Assembly: GCF_020745735.1 (NCBI RefSeq)
Contig: NW_026867577.1
Span: 1,143,035 to 1,207,034 of the forward strand
DNA length: 64,000 bases
Origin: Hemiscyllium ocellatum
Taxonomy: Eukaryota
Direction of reading: 5' to 3'
Positions 37,910 to 51,534 of the stretch are shown here, one piece after another (within the stretch, counting starts at the first letter, position 1; every line of letters starts with the position of its first letter). The translations under genes and the position numbers were made by a program. The notes under the pieces were generated by a model. It worked only from the letters and a program-made list of their open reading frames with translations. It had not been told where the DNA came from and ran no database searches.

Positions 37910-38880
37910 TCGTCAAGTCATAAGGATGTGCAGCAAAGAAACAGACCCTTCAGTCCAACTTTCTCTCAACAACCAGATATACGAACCTAATCTAGTCCCA
38001 TTTGCCAGCAATGGGCCCACATCCTTCTTCATACTTCCTCCACTTCCTTCTTATATACCAGTCCAGATGCCTTTTAAGTGTTGCAATTGTACCAGCTTCC
38101 ACAAATTCGCCTGGCAGCTCATTTCATCTAAGTACCACCCTCTGTGCGAAAACATTATCCCTTATGTCCCATTAATAACATTCCCATTTCATCCAAAGCC
38201 TACCCCATCTATTTCTGAACATACAACACCACACATTCCCCCCCCCCCCCCCATCTGGAAGAAAATACCTTGTCTATATATCCTATCGATGCCGCTCATG
38301 ATTTTGCAAACCTCCATAAGGTCACCCCTCAGCCTCCGATGCACCAGGTGAAAGCAGCCCAGCTGATTCAGCATCGTCCTACACCACAAATCCTCCAAAA
38401 CTGGCAACATCCTCGTAAAGCTTTTCTGAACTCTTTCAAATTTCACAACGTCCTTCCGTTAGGAAGGAGACCAGAATTGCATGCAATATTCTAAAAATGG
38501 CCTGACTAATGTCCTGTATAGCTGCAGCATGACCTCCCAACTTCTATATTCAATGCTCTTACCAATAAAGGAAAGCATACCAAACGACTTCTTCACTATC
38601 CTATTTACCTGCAACTTTACTCTCAAGTAATTATGAACCTGCACTCCAAGGTCCCTTTGCTCAGTAACACACCCCAGGATCTTATCATGAAGTGCATAAA
38701 TCCTGCTTGAATTGCTTTTGCAAAATGCATCATCTCGCATTTATCTCAATTAAACTCTATCTGCCACTCCTCAGCCCATTGGCCCATTTGATCACGACCC
38801 CATTGAATTCTCACGTTACCTACTTGGCTCTCCACTACACTTCGAAATTTGGTGTCATCTGCGAACTTAAAACTACATCT
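37910..38880 (-). mobile_element. CR1 3' fragment
   Basis: EQRDLGVQVH..LYRTLVRPFLEYCMQFWSP; ERVQKSFTRMLP. Confidence 0.9.
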
Positions 38881-39339
38881 CGAATATTCCATGGTACATC
38901 CTTTCCATGCTCCTGTACCATCTGAGAAGCTTCACATGGGGCATGTGCAAGTGTAGACCGTCAGTGATATAATGGCGCATTCCCAAAGAATGTGTGGATT
39001 TCCGCTAATGGCAATCCTTCCTTAATTGAAAATCTCACTATGGTGTTTTACAGTGTTTTACACTTGTGATTTTCGTGTTGTCGACATGATGTTTCGACTG
39101 TCCACGAGTGCATGGTGGAACTTGGAAGCTGGCAGAATTTAAATTCCGTTAATAGATCAGGAACTGAAAGCAAACCATCAGTGGTCGTAATCCGGGAGCA
39201 ATCATGGTTTGCCCTGATAACGCCTCTGGTTTGCTAATGTCCGTCAGGTCATCCTTTCCTGGTCTGGCCCACAGCCCCACAACAGTTTGATTGATTGTTA
39301 ATGCTTCCTGAAGTGACTTGAGCAAATGACTCAGTTCCG

Positions 39340-41485
39340 GGGCAGTGGCATTTTTTTTAATAAGCGGTAGCATTACAGCTGTACTTAGGAAGTATATTCC
39401 AGGAAATGCATCCAGGGAAATTATTGGGGTTGAACTGGGAAATAAGAAAGGGATGATCACCTTATTGGGTTTGGATTATAGAACTCTAATAATCAGTGGG
39501 AAATTGAGAAACACATTAGTAAGAATATTTCAGTTGTCCATAAGAATGACAGGGCGGTTATGATGAGGGGCATTTACTTTCCAAACATAGACTAGGACTG
39601 TGATAGTCCAAAGTGTTTAGATGGGCAAAAATTGTTAAGAGTTTAAACGATTTTTTTCTGAGTCAGGATGTGAATGTACCAAGTAGAGAAGTGCAAAAAC
39701 TGACCTGCTCTTGGGTAACAAAGCAGGGCAGGTGAGGGAGGTGTCAGTGGGAGAATAATGTGGTGCTAGAGACCGGAATCCTATTGCTTTTAACATAGTG
39801 ATGGAAAAGGAGAGACCAGATTTAACAGCTGAAGCCCTCAATTTCAGGAAGGCTAATTTTGGCGGGATTAGATAAGAACTTCCAAAAGCTGATTGAGAGC
39901 AGATGTTCGCAGTTAATGGGACAGCTGATATATGGCAAGCTTTTATAAATGAATGGAAACTCTGGTATGTGAAGGGAATTTTGGATGACTGAAGACTTTG
40001 ATGGTTTGGTTAATAACAAGAAGGAAGCATATGTCATTTACAGACAGGAGAGATCGAGTTAATCATTAGAAGTGTGTAAAGACAGTAGGAGAATCCTTAA
40101 TAGGGGAATCAGGAAGGCAAAAAGGGAACTTGAGATACCTTTGGCAAAAACGGTTATAGAGAATCCAAAGTGTTTTTACAAATACATTAAGGACAAAACA
40201 GTAACAAGGGACAGAATAGGGTCCCTCATTGATCAGGAAGGCGATCTTCGTGTGGATCCACAGGAGATGGGGAGATACTAAATATTTGGCGTCAGTGTTT
40301 ACCGTAGAGAAGAACGTGGAAGATATAGGATATGGGGAAATGGATAATGACAACTCGAAAAATATCCACGTTACAGAGGAGGAAACGCTGCATGTCTTAG
40401 AACGCATAAAAGAGGACAAATCCCCACGACCTGTTCACGTCCCTCGAGATCTTTGGGAAGATAGGGAAGTGATTGTTGGGCCTCTTAGTGAGATACTTGT
40501 ATCAACGATAGTCACAAGTGAGGTGCCACAAGACAGGAGGTTGGCTAGCGTGATTCCATTATTTACGAAAGGTGGTAAGAACAAGCCTTGGAATTATAGA
40601 CCAGTAAACCCTACATTGGTGGGGAGCAAGTTGTTGGAGCGAATCATGATGGACATGATTTACATATGTTTGGATAGACAAGGACTGATTAATGGTAGTC
40701 AACATGGTTTTGAGCAAGGGAAATCATGTATCACGGACATGATTCAGGTTATTTTGAAAAGATAACAAGGAGGTTTGATGAGGGAAGAGCGGTGAACGTG
40801 ACCAATGTCATTAGAAATGTGTTCGACAAGTCCCCATGGGAGGATGGTTAGCATGGTTTCATCTCATGGAATACAATGAGAACTAGCCATTTGGTACAGA
40901 ACCGTCTCCAAAGTAGAAGACAAAGGGTGCTGGCGGAGTGTTGTTTTTCAGGCTGAACGTCTGTGAACAGTGGAGTGCCACAAAGATCGGTGCTGGGTCC
41001 ACTACTTTTCTTCATTTGCAGAAATGACTTGTATATGAACATAAAAGGTATATTGGTAATTTTGTAGACATCAAAATTGGAGGTATTGTGGACAGCGAAG
41101 ATGCGTACCTCAAATTACAAGGGGATCTTGACCAGATGGGCAAATTGGCTGAGGAATGGCAAATGGAGTTCAACTTAGTTCAATACGAGGTGCTAGTCCA
41201 GAACTAGAGGACAAAGTTTTAGGGTGAAAGAGGAATGGTGCAAAAGGAGCAACATTTTTCATGCAGAGGGTGGTGTGTGTGTATGGAATGAGCTGCCAGA
41301 GGAAGTGGTGGAGGCTGGTTCTTTTGCAACATTAGAAAGACATCTGGATGGGCATATAAATAGGAAGGGTTGGAGGGATATGGGCCGGGTGCTGGCAGGT
41401 GTGCCTAGCTTGGTTTGGGATATCTGGTCAGCATTGGCGAGTTGGCTGAAGGGTCTATTTCCATGCTGTACATCTCTATGACTTG
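39340..41485 (+). mobile_element. Long CR1 LINE remnant with internal deletion
   Basis: ENPKCFYKYIK, KYLASVFT, VIPLFTKGGK..PWNYRPV, SQHGFEQGKSCIT, WNELPEEVVEAG. Confidence 0.92.
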
Positions 41486-42829
41486 ATGACAACCAAGTCA
41501 TTGCCATAAATGACAAAAAGTATTGGATCCAACACTGTTTTATTTGTTTTGAGCTGAAATCCTTTGATGTGAATCAATAAACAACAGTTCAAGGATTATA
41601 ATATCCTGTACCATTTTCCAGACTTTTAAAAAAATTTTCATGCCTGAACACTTACAACAACCGAACAGTTTCACTGTCAGGTCTCAAGAGTGGAGCAGGG
41701 CAGAAGCATGGGGAAGAAAACTCCAATAGGGTGGGCTCCGGTGCGCGGAGGCGAGAAAGGACATTCCTCTGAAGGTACATCTCCAAAGACTTCACCAATC
41801 TCATATAGTTTTCATTCATGGGATATGGTTGGTGCTGGCCGGTCTCCCGTCCCTCGTTGCCCCTCCTCCGAAGGTTGGGTGGAGGTAATGGTAAGTTGTT
41901 CCAAGAACCTCGACAGACTGTGTCGTGTAGGCAGACCCACAATAAACTATGAAGCAGGGAATTCCAGGACTTTGACTCAGCGACACTGAAGGAATGGTTG
42001 CGATCAGTGGTACGTCAGTCCTCTTCAATGATGAAAACAAACTGAGGAACACACTGAGATCTAACGGGCACATAGCAAGCTCTGGGTGTGATACTTCAAT
42101 GTTCATCACATAAAGAATCTCACAGGAAAACCACTGACTGAGCAGTCTGAGAGATAAAAGGCAGAACATTTAGACTACGAAAAGTGATTAGTAGGTCATC
42201 AAATGGAAGCATCTTAAATGAACTGAATATGAACCACCCTACCTGTCACAGATAGATCTGTCCGCATTGGTATTTCTAGGAGAGTCCAGCGCACAGGCAT
42301 GACAGAGGTGCATTCCCACACATCATAAAGATGCCTTCTATTCTGTTATGTGGCACTACTGCTGGCAAAGTTTGACGTACCTCTCAAGAATCCAGCAACT
42401 CCAAACTGAACATCTATGAGGGAACTGTGGCCCTTCAGCAGCAGCAGAACTGTACCCAAACATTAACATTTAGCTGAGAAATAAAGCTGATTTTCTTATG
42501 TCAGAGGATGCATCCAGAATTATTCACTTCAGTGGCTGTCAAAGTTTGGTTATTATGTGAATTCGTAGACACTTTCTCTTAAATGAGCAAGTGATTCAAG
42601 AGCCACGGGGAAAATACGTGGGAAAGTGAACCTGAGGATTATTAGCTTCGTCATGATTTTTTTTGACAGAGCAGAGTTGTTTGGCTGAATCGTCTTCATT
42701 CCCCACGTCTTGTTGTCTTGGTGTCGAAAATTATGTTTACGTGGTGATGGGCGATCTGCTGCTTAGTTTTTGGGCTGTTCATTGAGAGGAGGATTCTGAA
42801 TTCTGTCGAGCGGCTAATCATTTGTGCAG

Positions 42830-44430
42830 ACAGAGGGTGGTGCGTGTATATAATGAGCTGCCAGAGGAAGTGATGGAGGCTGGTCCAATTACTGCATTTA
42901 AAAGGTATCTGGATAGGGACATTAATAGGAAGAGTTTAGAGGGATATATGCTAAATTCTGACAATTGGACGTAGATTTATTTAGAATATCTTGTCGGCAT
43001 GGATGAAGTATGTTTTTCCATGTTATCAGTCTCGATCATTGTAGCAAATCTATTAGGAAATGAAGGTTTAAAGGACCAGAATAATATGAGAAAGATTATA
43101 ATAACATCAGGGTCAAGCATTCTTATACTGGTCTAGAAATATCGAATTCATAAGCAAAAAGTTTTTTGTGAGACTGGGCTGGGCTTTCCCACAGAATGTC
43201 TTTGTGCTGTTAATTCTCTTGGCCGCAGGATGATGTGCTGATTCTCCTGCCAGTGTCACATGTCCTCTCATCATTTCCGTCTTTCAAAAAGTTACTGCGA
43301 GAGGTTTTTCGCAGGTGAGTGGGTCAATTTGAAATTGGGATGCCTTTGAAAATGAGATGAAAAGAGTCCAGAGACAGTGCATTCTTGACAGAGTGAATGG
43401 CAAGGCTGGCAGGTTGAAGGAATGCTGGAAGACTAGAGAAATTCAGGCTCTGGTAAAGAAAAAGAAGGAGGCTTTTGTCAATTATGGACATCTGAGTGTG
43501 AATGAATCCAAAAGGAGTATAACTGGAATCATAGAATTTCAAGTGGAAAATCAGGAGGTATAACGGGGACATGAGGAAACCTTTTTGAATATGGTTAAGG
43601 CGAATCAAAAGAAATTCCACAATTACGTTGAGGACAAAAGAGTGGCGAGGGAGAGAAGAGATGCCTCCCCCTTACTCTCCTATCCCCCAAAAGGTCAACA
43701 AGGCCAAGTGGGATGTGGAGAACTTATGGAGACAGGCAAGTGTTCCACATCAGTATTTATTGTTAAGAAGGAAATGAAAGCAAAATAACTTGGAGAAATG
43801 TATAGTCATATCTCGAAAAGGATCCATTTTCCCTAGAAGAAGGTGCTGGACATCTTAAAATGAATAAAGCGGACTGAAGCCCTGGGACATGATCAGATTA
43901 ATGCCAGAAACTTGTCGGAAATTAGAGAAGTGATTGTTGTACCCCTTGCTGAGGTATTCGTTACATCGATCACAACAGGTAAGGCGCTGGAAGATTGGAG
44001 ATTTGCTAACGTAATGTCAATACTTCAGAAAGTTGGTAACGAAAAAGCAGGAAAATAGACACCAGTAAACCTGATCTCAGTATTCGGTACGTCGTTGGAA
44101 GGAATCCTTTGGTATAGAATGTACATGTGTTTGGATAGCCATGGACTACTTAGGAGCAGTCCACGTAGTCGTTATGCATGCGAAATCATGTCTCATGACT
44201 TGATAGAATTTTTGAAGAAGTGCTAATCAAGAGTGATAGAGGCGGAGCAAGTCATCTGGTCCAAATGGACGACAGCAATGTTTTGGGGAAGGTTCTGCGT
44301 GGCAGACCGGACAGCAAGATTTGATCACATAGAATCCAGGAGGGCGAACTTTTTGGATATATATTGCCTTGGCAATGGCTGATAGGATGGTGGTGGAAGG
44401 TTCTATTTCAGACTGGAAGCCTGAGACAAG
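42830..44430 (+). mobile_element. CR1 fragments (3' end 42830-43040; ORF2 piece 43290-44430)
   Basis: Similarity to 39900-40950 and 41260-41470. Confidence 0.8.
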
Positions 44431-44479
44431 CGGAATGCCAGTTTAACCCTGACTTATCACCACAGGTTCTGCCAGACCT

Positions 44480-44812
44480 GATGAGATTAGATCAGATTAA
44501 ATGCAGTGAGAAAACAGTTCCTTCACCCCAACAAGTGCACACCGATTCGCTGAAGAGAAACTCACCCGCACCCATTCACCTTCCTTTACCCTGACTAATG
44601 CACCTTACACTACGGGCAATTTAGCATGGCCAATTCACCTAAACTGCACTTTTTCTTTGGAATGTGGGAGGAAATCGCGGCACCGGGATGACACCCACGC
44701 AGACAAGGGCAGAAAGTGCAAACTCCAAGCAAACAGTTGCCTGAGGCGTGGATTGAACCCTAGTCCTTGGTGCTGTGAGGCATCAGTGCTAACCACTGTG
44801 CCACCGTGCCGC
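44480..44812 (-). mobile_element. V-SINE, near full length
   Basis: Minus strand begins GCGGCACGGTGGCACAGTGGTTAGCACTGATGCCTCACAGCACC..GGGTTCAATCC (A and B boxes), followed by the V-domain. Confidence 0.9.
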
Positions 44813-45199
44813 ACAACTTTATCTTTGGAGCGAATTTTGTCTGTGTTGTTGGCAAAGGAGCTGAATGAATTAAGAATATCTGGGAAAGAGCAAGTTGGAC
44901 ACAGAAGTGTCCGTTTCCATGCCTTAAAATTATATATCTCTGTACTTTTATAACTCATTGTTATTCCTCCAGTTCAGATCCTGCAACAGGCACCGTCTTG
45001 ATTGATTGATTGATTGTCACGTCGACAGAAGTTAACTGAAAGGTTTGTATTTATGAGCAGTATAGACAGATGACAGTAAGCGAGGTTGTCCATCTCATGG
45101 AGACCTACAGAGAGACACATAGGTGACATTATACATTTTACACACATTCGGCCAGCACAACACTTGCATTATCATCATTAATTGAGGCCAGGGAGTGCT

Positions 45200-45266
45200 T
45201 TCATCAGTGTAACGCAGCCAGGAAAACTTTGTTCCGGAAGCTGCTCGTGTGTGTGTGTGTGTGTAT

Positions 45267-45298
<32 letters not shown>

Positions 45299-45490
45299 GA
45301 GTGCGTGTGTTCAGGTCTCTGTATCTTCTGCCTAACTGAAGAGATTGGAGGAGGTGATTACTTCCGTGCAATTGTTCTTTGATGATGTTGGCAGCATTTT
45401 CATGGCAGCAAGCCATGTAGACAGTGTAAATGGATGGAACGCAGGTTTCCTTGAGGCTGTGGTCTGAACACCTCACTTTCTGTACCTTCA
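45200..45490 (-). mobile_element. Rex1/Babar-type LINE 3' fragment with an embedded (TG)n(AG)n microsatellite
   Basis: AANIIKE..H....LLQSLQLGRRYRDLNTRT..SFRNKVF. Confidence 0.65.
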
Positions 45491-46394
45491 TGCTGTCCAA
45501 AACTAGGAGGAAGCACTTTGGAATCGCGATCGTCTGAATGACTGGAGATGGAGAATTAACACACAGGAAGACGCTGACGTTACAATGAATTTCATATGCC
45601 CTGGTCCCTCTTTTCAGAGGTTTCCACAAACTGTACCTATGTTTGAAGACTCCATAGGGTTATGAGAATAAAAGCTTTTATTTTACCATCCACTGCCTCG
45701 GCCCAGCTGTCACTGTAATCAATTTGTACAGAGATTTTAATCATTGAAAAATACACGTATATCTTTCTTACTTTTAAAATGTCGAGTCCATTGTATGGTA
45801 GTTCCACTTTATCATCCAGTGCTCCATCGGTCAATTTTTGAAGCAGCTGCTTTTGTAAACCAGGCAGATCATTGAAGAAGGGGTTGAATTCGTGAACAAG
45901 AAAGCTGACATATATGATAACTACAACGTAGGGTCCACACGTTTCAAACAAAGAGGCATTGCTCGCACTCGTGTGCATGTGAACAACTCATGGAGCTAAA
46001 TTTTACACATTACGAAAGCAAAGGTTGTAGTGGGGAACCGCCCTTTTACATCCTGTCCCATGTGAATCCAGAAACATAACTGAGAGAAAATGCGGCTATA
46101 ATAACTTTATTCAAAAGCGAGTTGAATAAGCAGCTAGGGGGTAAAGTTCAGGAAAAAAAGATGAAAGTGAGTGAATGAGCTCAGCTGAGTGAAACCCGCA
46201 GAGAACTGCGAATGACAGTACACACTGAATAGTCACTTGCTGGGCTTCGACAATCTTAATGGGTTTATCTTAGGGTTCTGATTTGTTTAACTCAATTAGT
46301 TAGGTCCAGTACTAGAAAAGTGCAAATGATTAATCTCGAACTCATATTGTAGGTTAGCAGTTACCAGGTGTGAAGACATTCTTGAACAGATCAG

Positions 46395-46650
46395 GAAAAG
46401 GTGAGTACTGCAGATGCTGAAGATATCCAGAATCTGTTTTCCAGCATCTGCAGTCATTGTTTATCCCCTGCTAGAGATGAGAGGCGAGAGTGTGGTGCTG
46501 GAAAAGCACAGAGGGTCAGGCAGCAAGGAGGAGCAGGAAAATCGACGTTTCGGTCAAACGGCATTCATCAGAAATCAGACGAAGATCTTTTGTCCGAACT
46601 GTCAATTGTCCTGACCTATTATGCTTTTCCAGCACCACACTCTCGACTTC
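46395..46650. mobile_element. Palindromic composite of short Penelope-type terminal fragments
   Basis: CTGCAGATGCTG..CAGCATCTGCAG and GAGAGTGTGGTGCTGGAAAAGCA..TGCTTTTCCAGCACCACACTCTC inverted pairs. Confidence 0.7.
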
Positions 46651-46814
46651 AAACTGATCAAACATGGCCATTTCGAGGGTTTCATGCTCTAACTAAATCT
46701 CAACACCCTGTGTTTTTCATCAACAGGGGATGTCACGCATGTTGTAATCTGTTTACTCAAACTCTACCAAATGAAAAAAAAACACTTCTTTGTCCCGATG
46801 GATGCTCCTGAAAG

Positions 46815-46821
46815 TATAAAA
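46815..46821 (+). promoter_or_regulatory. Candidate TATA box of the GPCR gene
   Basis: TATAAAA about 90 nt upstream of the exon-1 ATG. Confidence 0.45.
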
Positions 46822-46905
46822 TGAATGCACTGGTTTGGAACATTTCAGAATTGAACTTGAAAAATTGTCTGCAGTGCAAAACAACACAACACGTTCACAG
46901 AGAAA

Positions 46906-46972
46906 ATGCATAGTACTGTGCGAGCTGTCAGGAAAATGTTTTATGCGATCCTTACCATAATTGGCATTCCTG
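46906..46972 (+). CDS. GPR139/GPR142-like class A GPCR, coding exon 1 (MHSTVRAVRKMFYAILTIIGIP + phase-1 G)
   Basis: ATG at 46906, open frame encoding the first half of TM1, ending CCT G|GTAAGT (canonical donor at 46973). It joins in frame to exon 2 to give ...IGIPANLLAFVILS, matching GPR139 GLPANILTVIILS. Confidence 0.9.
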
Positions 46973-47213
46973 GTAAGTGTTTATAAGGCTTGAAATTGAT
47001 TAATCCTGTATATGCTTTAGTTTTTGATATGCACGGTGACTTCAGATACCATCTGACAGTTATTCTAATACTGACACCATAATATTATTGCTGGTACCAA
47101 AATTTCATTTTTATCTGTACAATGCTTTTTTTAATTGCTGAAAATGCCTGTTTGTTTAATTCTTTCTCCCACACAGAGATGTGAGTCTGCGAATGTGTGT
47201 GTCAGTTGTGTAA

Positions 47214-47247
<34 letters not shown>

Positions 47248-48109
47248 CAGAGACAGAAACTGTGAGAGATCTGTCCTGTTATGCTCAAGACAGGAAAGGG
47301 GAAACCCCTTGATAGTAGGTATTCTTGGAGATTATAAATGTTAGATTGTACTTTCCGCCATGAAAAATAGATAACCACATGTAACACCACTTGCTTTTTT
47401 GTTACTGAGAGAAATTATGCGTTAGCTTTGTTCTTGTGTGGAGGATTTCATTCAGTTTCACACGTAATTTACTTTGAATCTAATTAGATGCAGTGATTTA
47501 TTGACAGCACTTTCTCATCTTTATTAATCTTCTTTCTGTTGAACAATTTAAATAGAATCGGATGTCACATGTCCTGCTTAAGTAAAGAATTTATATCAAG
47601 ACGCAGAGATAAACACAGATGATTAACATTTTCAATACACATCGTGGGAAAAGATCAGGATATAAAGTAGACAATGACATTTTCTGAACCATAATCAATT
47701 TCTCATCACTTATCTCGATGTCTCCATATGGTTCCAAAGCCATTTCCCTCGCTTTTCTCATAGTTGCCGATCTCTAATTCTTCCATCAATTTCAAAGGGA
47801 TCTCGCATCACTCAGGAGTAAATAAATCTATTTTCTCTTTTTGGTGCTTTATTATTTTTGTTTGATTGTGTACTGCGGCATAAAGGCAGATTATGGCACT
47901 CCCACAATTTGTCCATCTTCCGTGTTCAAACCAGATTATCGCCTAAAGGTCTCTCTTGAACGTTGCACAAAGTTCTCAAAGTACAGAATAATGGTAACGT
48001 CTGTTCAGTGTTCACCAATTCATATTACCTTCCTGTTATGGAATTATGCATGTACAGGAGAAGTTAGACCATCAATGCATCATAAGTGTATGTTCTGCTG
48101 CTTTGAAGA

Positions 48110-50190
48110 TTACAAATCTTCCAGCTCAGTGAGTAAACTTATATCCAAAACAGACACGGAAACAACAATACTGGCCAAGGGAATCAACTACAACCACAGG
48201 GACGCCAAGACAGCAGACATCCTAGCAGCACGAGAATGCACTCTCAGGAACAATGGACTGACAGAAGAGACACAACAAACAGTGAGACGAAGTATCGTAC
48301 CTTTGACAACAAGGAAAAGACAAACACTTAACCTCAACACCAAGGAGAGGGAAGTACCAAAATCACTAAGAAACGATGAGAACATAATCATGCTACCAGC
48401 AGACAAAGACAGAATGACGATCATCCTTGACAGAGCAGAGTGCAGCCAAAAAGAGCAACAACTACTTGCAGATACCAACACCTACCAAAAGAGGAAGGTT
48501 GACACCGTCCCACAGCTCACCAATAGGAGAAACAACACACTGAGAAATCTACAAAAAAAAACGAACAAATAACCATGTTTGATCTGCAAAAAAATGAAAC
48601 CTGAAATCAACAACACACACAGATGCTATGGACTACTGAAAGTGCACAAAACAGACATCCCATTCAGACCAATGGTATCACTACCAGGGACACCATCACA
48701 CAAACTGGCTGAAGAAGTACAGCATAAATTGAAACACCTGATCAGCCGATCCAGACACTTATACAGTCAACATATTGAATTCTTGAACATCATCAGAAAT
48801 ATAAATCTAGACATGGAAGAAGCTATGGTCTCATTCGATGCAATGGCACTGTTCACCTCTGTCGACAAAACCCTAGCCAGAGAAACGATAGCCAACCTGC
48901 TGGACACACAGAACAGAACAGACAACAGGATGGTGACAACAGACAACAAATACTGCATACTCAAGCATAGGACCTGTGCCTCACAACACACTTCACATTC
49001 AACAACCAAATATATGAACAAATCAACGGCACACTCATGGGCTTACCCATCTCTGGACTCAGAGCAGAAGCGGTAATGCAAAGATTAGAACAAACAGTAT
49101 TTCCACAAATTCAACGCAAACTCTGGATCAGGTATATGGATGACACCTTTGTCATCGTTTAAAAACACAGAAGTGTGAACATACACCGGATCATCAAAGC
49201 CGCACTCACAGGAATCCGATTTACCAGAAAGGAAGAAAATGACAACCAACTCCCATTCTTGGACGTGATGATACAGAGAACAATGAACGGAGATTTCACC
49301 ACAAAGGTATACAGAAAATCGACAGAAAAAGACCAAGTCTTGAACTACGAAAGCAACCGTTCCAACACACACAAAAGAAGTTGCATCAAGACACTGTTCA
49401 AAAGGGCCACACACACTGCAATGCACCAGAACTACAAAAAGAGGAAGAAGAACACCTCTATAATGTATTCGCCAAAAACGGATACCCGCGCAATTTTATC
49501 AACAGATGCCTAAGGGAAAACAACAGAACGAGGACATGCCGCAACCAAAAGGATTAGCCACACTGCCTTACATCAAAAACATTTCTGAACTGACAGACAG
49601 ACAGACTAATGCGACCACAAGGACTCATAACAACACACAAACCAACAGCCACTCTCAGACACCAACTAACCAGAACGAAGGATCCAATACCCAGCATGAG
49701 CAAAACCAACGTAGTGTACAAAATCCCATTCAAGAACTGCACAAAACACTACATAGGACAAACAGAGAGACAGCTAACGATCCGTATCCATGAAGACCAA
49801 CTAGCCACGAAACGACACGACCAGCTCTCCTGAGTAGCCACACATGCAGATAACAAGCAACACGGGTTCGACTGGGACAACACAACTATGATAGGACAAG
49901 CAAAACAGAGAACAGCCAGGGAATTCCTAGAGGCATGGCACACAGATTCAATCAACAAGCACATCGACCTGGACCCAATATACCGACCACTGCAACAGAC
50001 AGCTGGAACTGACAAACGGAAGCGGCAGAGACAAACCACTACAGATGCCAGAGGAAACATCACAGGAGGGTCCAAAGCATTGAGGATCTCATTTCGACAG
50101 AGGACCAAACGTCTGCAACACAAATTCCCACCTCGGTGAACAGAACCACAACAACGAGCCCCCGAGTTACAAATCTTTTCACAAACGTTA
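48110..50190 (+). mobile_element. Penelope-like retroelement (RT + GIY-YIG), 5'-truncated and frameshifted, inside the GPCR intron
   Basis: Fragments across ORFs 47841-50139: LPADKDRMTIILD, YGLLKVHK..IPFRPMVS, MVSFDAMALFTSV, RYMDDTFV, LPFLDVMI, KVYRK, and GIY-YIG NVVYKIP..C.KHYIGQTERQLTIRIHE. Confidence 0.92.
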
Positions 50191-50499
50191 TTACAATCAC
50201 AAATTTGTTTCATAGTCCACAGTGGGTGCACTAGATGAATTAATATGTCCACGCTCATAGTGTGTGGCTTCTGGAAAAATCTGTTTTGATTACAAGTGTA
50301 CTGTCCCATCGAACGCATTTTTTCGGAACTTAAATCACTTTGTATCTGTTTCCAGAACAATGGCGACTCGTCCGAGGTGGATGGGCTCAGGTCACACCAG
50401 AAAATACTTAGCATACGATAATGATCCAATCATCAGAGCAGTTCTTACTTGGAAGACCATTTTTTCTTTCCCAGCTTCCTCACTCAACTGTGTTCTCAC

Positions 50500-50985
50500 G
50501 GGGCAGCACAGCGCCAAGTATGCGGGTTTGATTCCAGCTTGTCAGACTGTCTGTGTGCAGTTTGCGCATTCTCCCCGTGTCTGCATGCATTTCTTCTGGG
50601 TGCCCCAATCTCCTCTCATGGTCCAGAGATGTGCGGGTTAGGAGGATTGACCATGTTGACGAGGACAATACATTCTCTACTGTGTGGAATAAAGGGCCAT
50701 CAGCCTATCAAGTCAAAACCAACTCTCGAAGGTTAACCCACCCAGACCCATTCCCAATCCCATTATCCTATATTCAGCTCTGACGAATGAACCGAAGGCA
50801 CACATATGTGATCACTATAGGCAGCTGATCATGGCCAGTTCACCCGAACCTGCACATCGTTGGCCTGTGGGAGGAAACCAGAGTACCCGGAGTTAAACTG
50901 TACAGACACGGGGAGGATGAGCAAACTAAACACAGACAGTCGCCGAGGTTGGAATCAAACTCAGGTCTCTGGTGCTGTGCTAACC
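50500..50985. mobile_element. Two V-SINE fragments in opposite orientation in the GPCR intron
   Basis: V-domain on + at ~50540-50650 and on - at ~50820-50985. Confidence 0.75.
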
Positions 50986-51534
50986 CTACAGAACAGACTT
51001 GAATGAATGAGTTGGAAAAGAAAAGTGTTCTGCAAGATAGGCAGTGCTCAGATAATTGTATCATTGCTTGTGCTCAATATTTTCTGTAATGAACTGACCT
51101 CGCACTGTAAGGCGGAAGTGCTAAACACTGAGCCTTCGTGTTCAGGGATGAGCACGGTGGGTGAAATTTCCATGGGAGATGCGAGATTACCGGATAGGCA
51201 GGGAAAAATCTCGTGTGCTTACACGGATGGGGGCTCTGGAAGGCATGTTATTCCGAGGGTCAGTTCAACATTGATGAGCTGAGCAGACTCTGTAGCTATT
51301 CAATGATTCTTTTGACATAAAAATATTCAGACCTTCATGTCACTATATTCGTCGAAATCCCGAGTTCCAAGTCTGAAAGAAAATGAATGCAGCCACAGTT
51401 ACTTGCCTTAGCCTAGTTAGGGTTAAAATTGTGAAAAAGGACCTATTTACATGTTTTTAACCAAATCTCAGCGCATACTAACTCCACACGAAAATAAGCA
51501 AAATTGTGACCCTTCAGCCTATTTCCTCTTACAG

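Noticed and set aside
45637-45978. 113-aa minus-strand ORF as a host-gene exon
   Set aside because: FFNDL..QKLTD..SWAEA is more simply a very old CR1 RT fragment; no partner exons found.
49749-50429. 226-aa minus-strand ORF
   Set aside because: Largely the antisense shadow of the Penelope element; no motifs.
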